A stretch of DNA of 57,496 nucleotides, filler included, from Sphacelaria rigidula (Eukaryota), in assembly GCA_964200075.2 (NCBI GenBank). It is 5 parts of 5 records of this genome, joined end to end, with 100 filler letters (N's around TTAATTAATTAA, not from the genome) between each part and the next. Parts side by side here need not be neighbours in the genome. Positions count along the whole stretch, not along the records: positions 11,524 to 22,943 come from CAXNAA020004936.1; positions 23,044 to 34,462 come from CAXNAA020004937.1; 3 more parts are not named here. The stretch is one strand, 5' to 3'. How positions within the stretch are numbered: position 1 is the stretch's first letter; every line of letters begins with the position of its first letter. The notes under the pieces were generated by a model. The model did not search any database. It was not told the origin of the DNA and worked only from the letters and a program-made list of their open reading frames with translations. Below, in pieces: positions 11,524 to 24,977 of this stretch. The position numbers and the translations under genes were made by a program.

Positions 11524-12593
11524 TATTTTGCGCTTTTCCAAACGAGCTTATATTTCGCCCCAGAGGAAGTATTTTTTTACCGGAGACCGTTCACTTTACT
11601 CCGAGACCGGTGAAGTCCGGGCGGATTTCGAACGTTCGGGCAAGAAAAATAAAGAACTGCGGACGCCGGAAAAACGGACGGGTGTGGCGGAACCGTCTTG
11701 ACGAGTACAGCGAGGCATTCCGAGTTGTCCAAGACCCACCAAGCTCTATTTTAGGGGCGCAAAACCACACAGAAGCTCCAAAAAGGCACTTGTACAAAAT
11801 TTTAGCTTTATGTGCCATGAGAAGCAGCGTCACATGAAACACACATATATATATATATATCACAGCAACTACGGTAAACGATGTTTTCGTGATATTGCTA
11901 GTCTATTACAGGATACAATTGAGAGTGAGGAGCGGCTACTAAAAATAATGAAATAGTTTCAGTTCCTAAAATACCCCTCCGGACCGTCCGGGCCCGATAC
12001 GCTTCCTTCAGTTGCTTGCCACTGAAGCCTTCGATATCCCTGACTAGGATATCGACGTGTAGCTGTACGCACTCGGGGGTGTTACAGGCAAAGAAAAACT
12101 CACACGGGATGAAAAGTTGGTCAAGTTGGAGCGAATGCTAGATTCCCAGTCTCACGAAATCATTGTTAGCCACGAAGAAAGTATTTTTTACATTAATCTA
12201 TTTGGCCCCCCTGCGGGACCGTATCTGATTGAATGGTGGAAAAAAAAGACTGCGGCCGACAACTCCGAGAGTAACGGACAGAGCGGGGTTGTGTCGGAAG
12301 GGTGCTACTTTTTCGAGGGGGAAGGGAGGCGTACTCATTTCTTGCGTGCCTCAGTCATTTGACAATTGACCACGCATTCCTCTCGAGACGGGCCACCGTT
12401 CCTACTTCTAAGGGAGACATCTCCAACATTTAGGCGCTCAGGATGTTTCTTCCGTGCATTACGCGAAAACCCCTCACATATCATTTTATCTTCAAGGGAG
12501 AAGGGGGTGTTGAGCCGACATGGCGAAATACTGACATAAAAGATATCCGTGACAAAAATATTCCTGGTAGTTGTAAATAGGTGGCCAGAATAA

Positions 12594-12783
12594 GGGCGTG
12601 TCTCAGAGCACTATTTTTCGATAGAAAATGTGCGGTGAAAATACAAAATCCCGATCTGATGGGTTGTGATTTCAACCATCTTCAAAATAAAAGACGGTGG
12701 TTGAAAATCACGACCTATCAGATCGGAGTCTTGCTTTTCCACTGCACATCTTCGATCGAAAAATGATGCGCTAAGACACGCCT
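12594..12783. mobile_element. Tourist-like (PIF/Harbinger) hairpin MITE, 190 bp
   Basis: TAA at 12591-12593 and 12784-12786. Ends GGGCGTGTCTCAG / CTAAGACACGCCT. The whole element is a near-palindrome (ccgatctgatgggttgtgatttcaacca vs tggttgaaaatcacgacctatcagatcgg). Confidence 0.85.
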
Positions 12784-15586
12784 TAACTCCGAGCTCTTTA
12801 GCGCGGCGCTTCTTCCGCGCAGTTTTTCACGCCCCCCGAGTTTTTTAAATGCAGCCACGCAGGGGTCAGGGTCACCTCGTGGATGGTAGATGCATGGAAG
12901 ACAGCAATCGCCCCCAATTGGTCAGATCCACGACGCAGCATCATCGATCATCCGGCAAGATAATCAGGACCCCCATGTATTGGGCTGCTTTTTGCTTGTG
13001 TTCGTGCTCTGTGCCCCAAAGGCACTTGTTCTAGGAGGTGTACAACAATGGTGAGACTAACCAGCCTGCAAAAGCAACCTTACTAGCCACGAAATGCCAT
13101 AATCCATTACCGACGAACGGCGTCGTGAATGGATTACGTGATCTTACACTGACGTGCTCCGGTGGTGTGACTGATACAGCTCAGAGTGGGTTAGGAAAGA
13201 CGGCTGAGGGTTAGAAGCCGTTCTTTTTTTCGAAACTCTTTGCTTGCTTCAAATGAATCTGGCTTCCCATCATTGAGGTCGTGAGGATGTTAGTAGCAGA
13301 ATGTATGAGTCCCTTTTCGGATAAAAAATTGGATGACGTGCGGGAGCGCTGATCCAATCCGCAGACACCAAATTGCTATGAAAGATGTGATCATTTTCTA
13401 TTTTCCGGAATTATATAATCGAAATACCTTCCCGCCACTGCCCGAGAACAAAGCACCGCAAGCTGTACACTCGAATGTGTTTCGTTGTCAACGCGCACGT
13501 TGGCATGATCACTACTGTGAACCGTTTCTATTCGCAGAAACCTTGAGAAAAAAAGGATAGCTGTGCGGAGCACGTTCTTGACTTTCCCGGGATTCCGTAA
13601 TTTCGGTCTCCGAAACAGTCTCCACTCTCTACGAGCATCATTTCCCAGGACCAAAACAGCTTGCTAGCTACCTGCCTTGTCTACCAGGAGATACCCACTC
13701 GATCGAGTAGAACTGTGGCGCTTTGCGCGCTCCAAGATCATCTACGAGCGCAGGTTACACTATTCATAGCACCCCGACGCAGCGGTAGCGGTAGGCGAAG
13801 GGTACCGTCAATACTCTTGATGTTTTAGACGCTGTACACTCGGAACAGTTAATGGAATCGTCGCTACCGTAACACTGCCGTTGATAGAGGGCGACACTAG
13901 CGTCGGATCGCGAGTTTTGCGGGGATCAGAGGAGTGTAGCCCCAGATTTTCTGGAATATTGATGAAAAATGATGATATTGTAGTGGAATTCAGAGGGGAG
14001 GTGGAGGCAAGCGATTCGGCCGCACGATCCGGCACCGCGTACTGTACAACTAGGAAATCAGCCCTTGCAGAATGTCGGAACTGCAAGCCGACCAGAGCGG
14101 TCTCACCCTACGCTACCATTTCGCGCTGATTCCCACCCTTTTGCAACAATCCTCAGGCACAGATGAAGATGCAGTCGACGCAGTGCCCTTGTGTGTAACG
14201 CTTGTCTCTTGGATATTCGGCTGGTGATATCCTTCGGCTTGGAAGGTTGCATGTTGGTGGCGGGGGAATACGGCGGGGAATACAACACTACTACAGTTGT
14301 AGTAAAAACACAGAACGGGAAAAGCAGCCTTCTGGGTGCTGCCTTGGTTTGCGACGGTGATTCTAGGTGGCGGCCAGGGAGTACACACGGCAGGCAACGA
14401 ACGTGGCTCAGAGCACAAAATACTATTGGTTTGATCTTGAGCGACTTCACCAACATCCTCAAGCGCTATGGTGGAGCAAACACATACACATAGAGGGCTT
14501 TTGAGCGACGGGCGAGCAGGGGGTGTTATCGGTAAAACGGCCGACAAATGACCGAAAACACCGGACCCTGAGACTGGCATGAAACTGCCCCCCCGAGAAG
14601 CAAACCTGCAGCCTGGCGGCAAGGCATTTATACCACACCACCGTACAGGAGTAAAGCAGCAAACGCCATGCCCTGCTTAGTCTGCTCGCCGGTACTGTGC
14701 TTCACCTTACGACTATCTAATGCAGTCTAATCTCTGTATACTACACAGAACTGTACCGCGCGACTCTAGAACCGTAACATGCTGATTACAGTACTGCACC
14801 GTCCGGTCTGTCGTCGCGATAAGTTTACAATCAGTGAAGACATGCCTGACGTACCGTCTGCTGGGCTCGTCGCTGTCAAGGTGGTAGTGTCCTGGCTTTC
14901 GGTGGAAACCGCGGCTGTTTCGTGCTGCTGGCGGGCTGTCGAGTTACCCATCTATTCTTGCTCTTGTTCTTGGCAATAGTCGGGCGTCTGTGGTGGTGTG
15001 TGTGCCGGGTGTTGTGACGAGAGGGGCACGTGAGAACTGATCACAGCTCCCGCACGCTTGCCTGATGTTGGTCGGAAGATACCGGTGATGTGAAGGCCGG
15101 CAAGGGCCAATGTGATCCTCCTTTTTTTTTTTTTTTTCGTGCTGTGATGAAACCGCCAGAGATAGCATTTAAATTTTTAAATTTTTTGAGTCGCTGTGAT
15201 TGGTTGAGGCGTTGAGAGTGCGGTGCAACCTCGCGGTCCCGACTGCGACGGACGTAGATGGACGCGTCGACACACACATATCTCTCCTCGCACCAAAGCA
15301 AACGACTTCAACAGGAACGCTGTACCGCAGGTTTACGGGTGACATCTGTCTTCGCCCTTTCATTCCTGATTCGAGGGCTTTGGGCTACGAGAAAGTCGAG
15401 CTGTGATACCCCAAAAACGCATTTCCTTCTGAGGCGGCTTTCAACGCTTTCGACGACCAGGAAACGCGAATATTCTGTCAGCACAGTGAGTGCTATTCGT
15501 ACAGCGACGCGACACCTACAAGTACGCCTACGCGCGGCAAGCTCCCCTCCTGTGGCGTTACACTCATAGGATTGTCTCGAAAGAGT

Positions 15587-18500
15587 ATGGAGACTGAACT
15601 CGGGGGAGAAGGAGAAGAAGATGGCGTGCTGATAACTTTTATGTCATCAAGATACAACGAAATGAATGAGCTATTAGCTGCTGCGGGGAACGGTGGCTCA
15701 GGACGAATATGGCCACAACAATGGCTCAACTGGAGCACAGCTAGACCGCTCGTATCCCTCGTGATATTGATGCTGATACTCTGCTGGTGGGTGATACCTC
15801 ATGCTATACAACTGCTTCTAGCGTTCTGCATCAAACAACTCTGCCGTAAGCTCGAGAATAAGAACCCCGGGAAGACGACAAGCAGATTGAACCGGGAGGA
15901 TAATTATGCATCGCGCGTCGATAACACCACCGCCGCGGGAGAAGTACGACCAACCTTTATCGACAGGTTGGGCCCAAGTCAACCGTCCATCAGTGTTGGG
16001 ACTGTTCCCTGGTACCGGTTGTTTTCAGGCTGGCGCGGTGTGGAAGTACGGCTCCAAGACGGTGCGATGATCAAGATAAGTTCTCTCGGGGTCTCGCTTC
16101 GTCATCGCCGTGCACCATCAACAGAACCACATAAGCTGTTCGTCCTTTGGTTTTCTGGGGTGCGCGTCGTACTTCCTGCTGCCTCTGGATATCCACTGCT
16201 GCCGGCATCGCCACTCGCCGAGGGAGTTGGTGGCCACCAAGCAGTTATTACAAAAGAACAATCACCGGGAGCTGTGACCGAAAGGGGTCATGACTTCAAT
16301 CCCCGCCACGATGTTGGTACACGACAACCTCGTGCTGCTACAGGAGAGGAACCAAGACCAGGGACTGCACCTGCGAACCAGACAGCCAGGATTCCACCTG
16401 CGAACAAGACAGGACATGCTGGTTTACTCCTATTGAACCAGATCAAGATATGGTGTCTTACGCTCGTGGCCGTGGAGATCGAGGACGTTATAATCACGGA
16501 GCAGGATCTCGAAATACTGGGAAGTTGTGACCCCGACGACGCCCAAGCTGACAATCGTTTGGGGGCCAACGGTACCAGGGTTTCGCGCTTTGTGGAGCTC
16601 TCTGGGTTCCGAATCGCATGTTTCATGTCACCCTCTGCCACTTCTCCGACGAGTATCCAGGTGTGAGTTCGGTAGGCTAATGGATACGAGTGAACATTGC
16701 ATCCCCCCTCCATTCCCTTTCCCTCCCCCCCCACACACCCTTTTGATAGTTTTTCAAGGGGTAGGCTGTAGCACGAGGTCTACCCTGAGTCATAAGCATC
16801 AAAATTTGTTCGTGGGTACTTGCAGGAGGGAAGTCTCGGCCAGGGGCGGGGGACGTAATGCCCGAGAATTGACGACACGTACAGCCTTCCTAATCTACGT
16901 GATTTGAGAGCCGTTCCTTACACGTTTTCACCTGGTGCTTCCGTGAAACCGCGAGTGGTATCAAAACTTGAACCTCGGGGAAGGGTTTTACCGGTGGGGT
17001 TCAAATAATCAAAAGAAGGAAACCAAGGGCCTCAAAGTTGAATTTTGGCATGTTCTTTCGCGGACGGAGAGGAGAGTACACCGCCGAAAGTGCGTAGTGG
17101 GGGTACATGAGATATCTGCGGGCAACAGGCCATAGCATGAACGTAGTTCAAGCAATATCGGGGCACGCTAAGGTATCAAACTATTTTTGACATCTGGGCG
17201 ACTGTACCCAGCAATTCTTTATTGATGGAACGGAGCTTAGACGATTGCGGGATTCGGGATCAGGGGGTGGTTTCCAGCGAATGGCGTGCATCCCTTAAGG
17301 GTATAGACACGTATGCCAGTACCTTGTGGCTTACCATTAGGTGCAAACCACCATTCCCCCCTCCCCCAAGATCACAACCTATCTCCCCCCTGTGCAAAGC
17401 TTATGGAGATGGACACAGCCACTAAAACATGCAAACAAAGAACAGTGCGCAGACGGAGCGTGGGGCACGCTCAAGTAGACGAGTTAGCACCTATTTAGAA
17501 GTCGAATCCACTCCGCTGCTTCGAACATGGTGCTTTTGTTCAACGGAAAAATTGTATCGGTACCAATAAACGGAAGCACGATGCATGCGGGATCATGCAA
17601 GGAGATGTGAAGCCCACATCAAGTGAGATACCCAAAGTACTATCATTTTAGCATTTTTTTGTCGCCCTGAGGTTCCCTGGGAAAGAGGAGAGGGAGGGAG
17701 GGGGCTCAGAAACTCCTACCCACCGCACTCCTTTGATCTGCTCAAGGGCGGATGAAAAAAACGCCTCGAGCACCACCACCGAAAAGCGAATTGCCGCACT
17801 AGCACGAATAAATCCGTCAGAACATACAACACCCACCACTTTCCCCCAACCCTTGAAATTTCGCTCAATATTCCAACCATCGCGTGCCAGACATGGATCC
17901 GACTGGGCAGCTTCAAGTGTGGCGAACAAGAGCAGCGACAGGATGAGAACGCTTATGTTCCTGGGGCAGGTGGCGATAGTGGCGGGAGTGGTGGCAGCCT
18001 TCGTCCAGAATTTGACGCTGCGAGTCAAGTGACGTCACGTCCGATTTGCGTCGGATTCGACGGCTGTCAATTCTCGCTCGTTGGCGACTTGTCGTGGAAT
18101 GCGTCCCATCGGTAAGTTCGGTATTCCGCACTTTTGTAGTCGTTTCACGGTAGACGTATGTGTGTGTGTAATTGCTGACTCGTTACCTAGCACTTCAGAT
18201 GCAAGGAGTATGGTATATCCTCTGTTTTGGAGTACGCACAGTCAGAAAACAAACAGCACCCCCCGCTTTTGTTCGATCCTTTCCCCGGGAATACATGTGC
18301 TTGTATCCACGAATTTTCGTGTTGTTCTCGTCAGAGTTTTAGACGTGTTCCACATATATGAGGTATCGCGGCAGCCAGTCGTCTTTGTCACCAAGTTTGT
18401 GGTACTGGCCAGAGCTAGATCACGCAACGCGTCCGTTACGCAGTTCGAGCACATACCGCTTCTGGACAGTGTACGCGTACTGAATCGCGCTCACATGGAC

Positions 18501-21500
18501 ATTCCTTACCGTACTTATCCCCACCTGAAACGACGTATCCATATCCCCACCTGAAACGACGTATCCAGAGGGTGGGAGATGAAGCAGGTCACGTCCGTAG
18601 ATGTGAAGGCCTCTACGTTGAATATCGGTGCATACCTCTCTCGGGTGGAGGAATTTCGCCAAGCCGTGGAGCTCGCAAAGGATGGAGCGCTCTATCAGCT
18701 CATCAAGAGTAAGATATTGTCTCGCGCCATGGAGGCTACAGAGCGCGAAGACGAAGAACGCGATACAAGTTTTTCATCACCAGAATCATCGGTGGTGAGC
18801 CAAAATTCGGGGGTAACCTAGGACATGGGCAATCGAATTCCGCCGCTGTGCGTGCAGAGGATGGTGGAACGTATCCTCGTGTAGATGTCGAAAGTGCATC
18901 TAAAAAAAATGCAAATTGAGCGGTTGGGCAGAACAAGACGCGAGTAGAAGGCGACGCGGAAATGCTCGTCAGGATATGCTTGGGCAGAAAAAGATGGAAG
19001 ATGAACAATTGAAAGGCGTTGTAGTACGACTCTAAGCAAGCGTGGCATATTGGGGGGAAATGGTCATGTAGGCGGGGCTGCGAGGGTGTTCTCGCGGTAG
19101 GAAGAAACAGAAGCTTGACCACTTGATGACCCCCCCCGCGCCTGCGTGCACTCTCCGCTCCTGATTCGGCGTCACAAAAACCGCCCCCGCGTCTCACACG
19201 AGCAGTCGTCCACATCTCTTCCCACGGTACCGTCAAGCGCAACCTTCTCCATCGATATTAGGCTGCTTCCTAGATCGGTAGCTTTAAACGTCGGAGAGTT
19301 CGTGGTGCGTTGCCGCGACGACAGCGATCAGCCACGAGGAGGCGATAACGGTAACAGCAACGACACCACCGACCGGAAGCACCGCCTCGGCGAATTGGTG
19401 ATACAAGGGACAACCATCGCTCCAACGGGTACCTTCAGCGCCAGACCGTCATCAAGATCAATACCAGGGTCGGCGAAATCTCGTCCCGCTGCACCCCCCG
19501 GAAACGCTCCGGCTTCCAGTAGTGTTGCTCCGTCAGCTCTTATCGCTCGTTGGACAATGGACGATATTATCCCCGTCGATAGCCCTAGAGAGAGCATATT
19601 GGTGTCGGCGTTGCCGGCTGCTGCTGCTGCTGTGGAGGAGGGGGGCGGTGGCGATAGCGGAGGGGGTGCCGGTGCAACTGCGAGCACTGCTGCGCCGGAA
19701 ATCGAAGACTTGAGAGTATCTGCAAGCCTAAGTCTGCAAGAGGTACGTGTTTATTGTCGACCAAACGCCACCACCCCGGTACCTGTATGCACCCCTTCCC
19801 CGATAGCCGTGGGTGGATCCAGGTCTCCGCGAAAACACGGCCGTGAGAAAACGGCAGAGAATCACTCGAGGGGTGTTGGAGCCTACCAACCGCTGCGCTT
19901 TGAGCATGAAGCGTTGGTTCTACAAAATGTTACCGTCGTCCCGACCATCGAGATCGCGCGACCGAGGGCACACATAGTGACGGGTACGGCGACGCTGGAA
20001 ACGCCGGTGGCTACTGTGCAGGACGTCAAAGACAGCACTCGGTCATCTCGGCGACAGCAAGCCATCGACCGCGCCCGACGAACCGACCCGTGCAACTATA
20101 GATATCCCATGGCCAGCATCACCCGCAGCATGCCGACAGTGGGCAATCGTAATCCAGCTCGGTCACATCTGCTGAACAAACAACAGCGGCCGGCACCCAC
20201 GGCTCTCTTACGAAAGGCAAGGTCTCGTGACGGCGAGAAGATAGCGACGGGAATCACGGGGAGGTCATCACCACCGCCTCCGCTTCCACCCCGCGTTTCG
20301 TCGGCGTCACTCGCATCACAATCGACGCCACTCCCAGGCGCTACCAGAAACAACAGACTCGCCGCCATTTCTCACGGCGCAGAGGCGACCACAACTGCGG
20401 AGATACCTCCCCCGCTTCCAAGTCGGAACCTTTCACCCACCCTTCGATATCCTTCAGCTAATGATACAACACGGTCATCGCCGCCACCGGACGAAGTGTC
20501 GGGGACCCCGCCTGGGAGTCTAGGGAAGGGTGACCCCTGCTATGTGTGCACGTTCAATAAGCCCAACGTTTTGGAGTGCCGCTTAGCAGTGGAGACAGTG
20601 ACTGGTGTGGTTGATGCCGGCGTGGCGGGATGGTTGAACCTGCGCGGAAAGTGGGAGACGGAGGAGGGATCGCGGGCAACGGAGCGGGCTGAATTAATGA
20701 AATCTCGTGAGTTACTGCAAAGGAAGGCGATGTGAACTAAAACACAGTCTTCTTGGAGTATACCCCCAATGTAGCGCTTGTTTTGCTTTATCTTCAACCT
20801 ATTTTGGGGGGGCTGAACCCGATTATACTCTGGCGGCGTGAACAGTGCTCAATGCTTTTGAACAAGGAAAAGAGATGTGCATGAAAAACCAATTGCCTTG
20901 GTTTGTTTCACGTTTTATAGATACTCAGAGTATCAACTAGGAACAGGTGACCTCCGACTTCGTCAACGTCGCGACAATTCGAGCGGCGAATAATGTAATA
21001 GCACATTCTGAAAGACATGGATTAACCCACTTTTTTTCTGAAAAATGTTCACCTTCCTTAATTCCCGTCCTTCGAAGCTCATTTGACGTTAAAACATCTC
21101 GTTCCACGCATGAAACGTGTTAAGCCCCTTCGTTCCAATATATATTTTCCCCGTGTATGCACTTGTTCCCTAGATCCAGGTTCTGTAACAGATCGTTGTC
21201 ATTTAGCAGGGAAAAACTTGACGAAGCCGTCATTACGGCTAACGAAATAGCTAGCTTGCTCAATATTGTCATCACATCACCTCGCTCCCCCTCTCCCGCT
21301 GCTCCGTCTCGAAGGGGATGCGTGGAAAATGGTCAAACGACTGAGCCAAGCAACTAACGAGTACGCCCCTTCCTCCCTCTTCCCCCGTTTCTCCTCGGCA
21401 ACCATTCTAGACGGGCTAGGTCGGATATCCGGCTCCAAAACGGACGGAGCGGACCACACAGCACGTGCCGACACCAAGCGCCCCCGCCTCCACGTCTCAG

Positions 21501-21658
21501 CAAAAACTGTGCGGATTTCAATCGATGAGGCGTTATCGTCCGCGCTCGCTGAGAGCACCCCGCCCGAGACCTGCAACGCGAGTGAACTTGCCGGACCGGA
21601 CGCGGCGGGTCACCCTGTACGCTTCGAGATCGAGGCCGACGACGTGAAGGCGAACCAG
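15587..21658 (+). CDS. 5' part of a multi-exon gene, probable bridge-like lipid transfer protein (BLTP2/Hobbit/FMP27/SABRE family)
   Basis: N-terminal TM segment (LVSLVILMLILCWWVIP) then GWRGVEVRLQDGAMIKISSLGVSLR...PHKLFVLWFSGVRVVL...LVAVEIEDVII, resembling the SABRE/FMP27 N-terminus as recalled, not searched. Likely exons: 15587-16660/62, ~17652 or 17821-18111, 18569-~18812, ~19206-~20731, ~21192-21658. Incomplete at the contig end, and some junctions are ambiguous. Confidence 0.55.
18516..18567. repeat. Perfect 26-bp tandem duplication next to a splice acceptor
   Basis: tatccccacctgaaacgacgtatcca occurs twice, immediately before the predicted exon start at 18569. Confidence 0.9.
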
Positions 21659-22254
21659 GTGAATCATTCTACGCCGCTTTGTTGGGAAAAAATATTCACC
21701 ATTTGCGGGTCAGCGGATGCATCCATACCTGATACCGCTTTTCATTTATAATCTTTGGAGTGCATGGGCACATATCCAATACGCTGTCTGTCTTACGGGG
21801 CAATTTGTTTTGTGTTTTGCCGAGTGCCTCGAAAGCTTTTACGATTTTTCATTACAAATCAGAGAGGTCGTTTTTGGTTTTTTCTCATATTTTTTCCCAA
21901 ATGTTTTCTTTTTTTTTCCCCAAACGGCAGTCCGAAGCCCTTATTTTTGATCACGCCCAGCTTACGGACGACGGGTGGGGTAGGTCGCTGCGTATGATAT
22001 AGTGTGCTGATACACCGGCGGCAAAAAATGAAAACGTGATCGTACTGCACCATTTGCTATGGTAGGCGTCGACGGTTCTATCCGTCACCGAAACGACGGT
22101 GTGCATCGCTGCACCTGTTTGTATTGTCCTGTGAGGCTTGCGGTTGACTTTGCCTTAGCGAACTTTAACGTGGACACACTGGAGTTAACCTTGAGAGAGA
22201 TACCAATTTTTTCGGAATGGAGGGAAGGGGTGAGGGGTGAGGGGGGTGGGGTGG

Positions 22255-22372
22255 GGGGGGGGATACTCATGAGCTTACACTCCGTGGTTATAAGACCAAT
22301 GCCCTCGCATCCCTACAAAGCCGGGACGGAGCACGCCGAGCTTTCGCCGGACAAGGGCGTCGGGGGGAGGGA
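22255..22372 (+). repeat. Fragment of an interspersed repeat family also found in the kinase introns
   Basis: cctcgcatccctacaaagccgggacggagcacgccg...ttcgccggac matches ~41935, ~43345, ~43455 and ~43930. Confidence 0.8.
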
Positions 22373-22884
22373 ATGACAAAAAATCACAAGAGCTCCTGTG
22401 GATGCACTAAACACTCCAAGAAGTTCTCCGGGATCATGTTCCAATACTGTTTTCGAGTTGAATTGAAAATGACGTTTTTGCGCGTGCTGCAGGGGAAAGA
22501 TGCTGGAAGTTTTTTTACCTCATTAATGTGTTCCGGAAGTTTGATTTAGATAATTCCTTGCTCCTTATTACACCTTTACTCCGTTTCACACATTTCTTCA
22601 GCAAGTATTTCCGTTTTGTTTATCTCAGGTACGCCTTCATTTGTGACCGCGGCTGGATTATGACTCGTAGGGGATCAGTAAATATGCGACAATCAATCAA
22701 CCAATCAAATCCGTGGGTAGTTGGCAGGATTCCATGCCCTGGACAAACGAATACACAGCAAAAAAATGTACTGCGTACAGTATCAACTATTGCGCCTATC
22801 ATTCATTTATTATTTATGATTCATTATTCATCATTTACTACTCCGGAGTATTTAGTATTCATTTATTTGTTTGTCGCACTGTGA

Positions 22885-22930
22885 ACCTCTCCCCTTCCTC
22901 GGGATGAGTCCGTGGTCTCAAGGGATCAAC
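22885..22930 (+). repeat. Short interspersed repeat shared with 29810-29850
   Basis: ctccccttcctcgggatgagtccgtggtctcaaggga vs ctcccctttctcgggacgagtccgtggtatcaaggga, on different contigs. Confidence 0.7.
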
Positions 22931-22943
22931 CCATGCGTTCCCC

Positions 22944-23043
22944 NNNNNNNNNNNNNNNNNNNNNNNNNNNNNNNNNNNNNNNNNNNNTTAATTAATTAAN
23001 NNNNNNNNNNNNNNNNNNNNNNNNNNNNNNNNNNNNNNNNNNN
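22944..23043. other. Artificial contig linker
   Basis: N-TTAATTAATTAA-N, 100 nt. Confidence 0.98.
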
Positions 23044-24119
23044 TTGTTCCACGATACTCGACACTTGTGCTGATTGTTTGAATATTCTCTGCTGCTTCGT
23101 TTTTGTGGTATGTGAGTAAAAGGGTTAAGTGAGGTTGGTGTTGTGGGTGACGCCCGCAACTACTGCCACTTTTCGTGTTCTTGACTGCTGATGTTGAGAA
23201 GGACGGTGAATGTGGGGTGGAACGTAGTGGGCGTGTGCTTCCCGAGTGCAACAGCTCAACATTACAAACACACGACAATATATCATCAGTGCAGTCCCTG
23301 GAGCAACTACATTTCCGCGACACCGACCGCCCGCAGGCTTGTAAATATGTACTCAAGTTAGAGTTTATTTCATATTAGCGAGATTGTCATTCGGAGATGA
23401 CGTCTGTACTTGTGATTGATATGATTGGCTCGATTACGGGTCAGTTTTTTTGCAGTGGATAGTGGTCGGTCCATTTTACAGATATATAGTGCCCAAAATC
23501 GGGCCCCATTCACCCCCATAACTGTACTGGGTGCACAGATTTTTATGTTTTCATCTGCATTCCAGCCCCTTTGTATTTTGCAGGCCCGTGGTCGTCAGAA
23601 TAAAAATATATAGTTACGGGTGGGAATGGGGGCCCTTACGACCAAAAACTGAAATAAAATTGAAAATAAAAAAGAACGCGGAGGAATAATGAACACGTCA
23701 GTAGATGGGCGGACCTGTGCCGAGGCCCTCACGAACAGAACACATGCTTCATCACGTATCAACTTTGTTTAGTTCAACTCTTGCTCTGGCGATTGCTCTT
23801 TTCTCCACACGGGAGGCAAGCCGGCCCCAGCACTCGACAGCCCCTCGCATACAAACAAGACCTAGGGAACCTAGTTTGATAGTTTGCTGGCGTCGCGTCA
23901 GCGGCCCGGAAACCCCTCTCGAGAGAGGAAAACACCTTATTTTAGTATATTTGAGTCATTTTCGAGTCAGTATCACCCGCAAACGCGAAATACAAGCTAG
24001 GCGAAATAGTTTAGGTGTGTGGGAAGCATACGCAAGAAACCACGGTCTAATCCCCCACTTCGTTGCAGAGAAGTAAGCGTTGCGCAACCCGTATATTTGA
24101 GTTGAGGATCAGTAGCGTC

Positions 24120-24840
24120 TTTCGAGGTCGAAGATGGCAACTTCGAAAAACTCGATGCTATTTTTTGTTTTTCTGCCACAAGCAAGTTGTGACGACATGC
24201 AGTTTGTCTGCGTGCCACCAGGCGCTGCTTTGTTCTATGCGGCTGTGCAGAAGAGGAGGTTTTGCCTTTCAACGGCGAGTATCCTTTCAAGTGTCGAATG
24301 ACAGAGGGAGAGTTCACAAATGAAAGACAAAGCTGACGGCTGCTTCGTGTCAGGGCTCCAGTGCAGAAGCCAAGCGTCGAGAGCGATTTTAGTATGTGCA
24401 CCGCCTTGAATCTACTGGCGACTGCGGTCATGTATTTAGAAACTGCCTGTATATACTTCGAATACTGTAAGAATGAGATGCAACCTATGCGACGTTCGAC
24501 AAGCTTCGTTTTGGACTGCGTGTTTCCTTTCTTGCGGCGAGCAGTGTGAGACGCCATTTTGCTTTGTGGCGTGCCACCAGGTGCTGCTTCGTTCTGTACG
24601 GCTGCGCACGACGGGCGAATTCGCCTGTCAACAGCGAGTACCCTCCATGTACTGAGTTGCAGAAGGCGAGGTCACACATGCACTTCGGCTGTGTGTCTGA
24701 GGGTTCCAGCGGAGAAGCCAAGGCGCGAAGAGTGATTCATATTCCAGACTGCGCACTATGCATGCTCAGGTCGGCACAGCCACGATGTTTCAAGTGACTG
24801 CCTGTATACACTGAAAATAAGGTGTGTGCACCATGCGATT
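24120..24840. repeat. Diverged ~357-bp tandem duplication
   Basis: gcgtgccaccagg at ~24210 and ~24569, actgcctgtata at ~24442 and ~24797, agaagccaag in both units. Confidence 0.75.
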
Positions 24841-24977
24841 TGCGCCAACTTGCATCTTCGACCAGACGTTACTTTTTGGCACCAATCAATGTCATGACAT
24901 TTGCTTCGGTGGCGGTCCCCTGTACTCCGTATTTTGTATGCTCTTGTTTCCTTGTATTACCGTGTGCTCACGTACAG

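Noticed and set aside
14117..14253. Possible first exon (MQPSKPKDITSRISKRQ...) of a divergent minus-strand gene
   Set aside because: Good ATG context, but no recognisable domain and no downstream exons I could link.
22059..22376. Further exon of the BLTP2-like gene
   Set aside because: Its 3' half is a copy of the interspersed repeat found in the kinase introns.
23111..23128. Additional piggyBac-like ends (AAAAGGG-TTAA here, and TTAA-CCCTCTCAGC at 31974)
   Set aside because: No partner terminus found within the contig, and these short matches can arise by chance.
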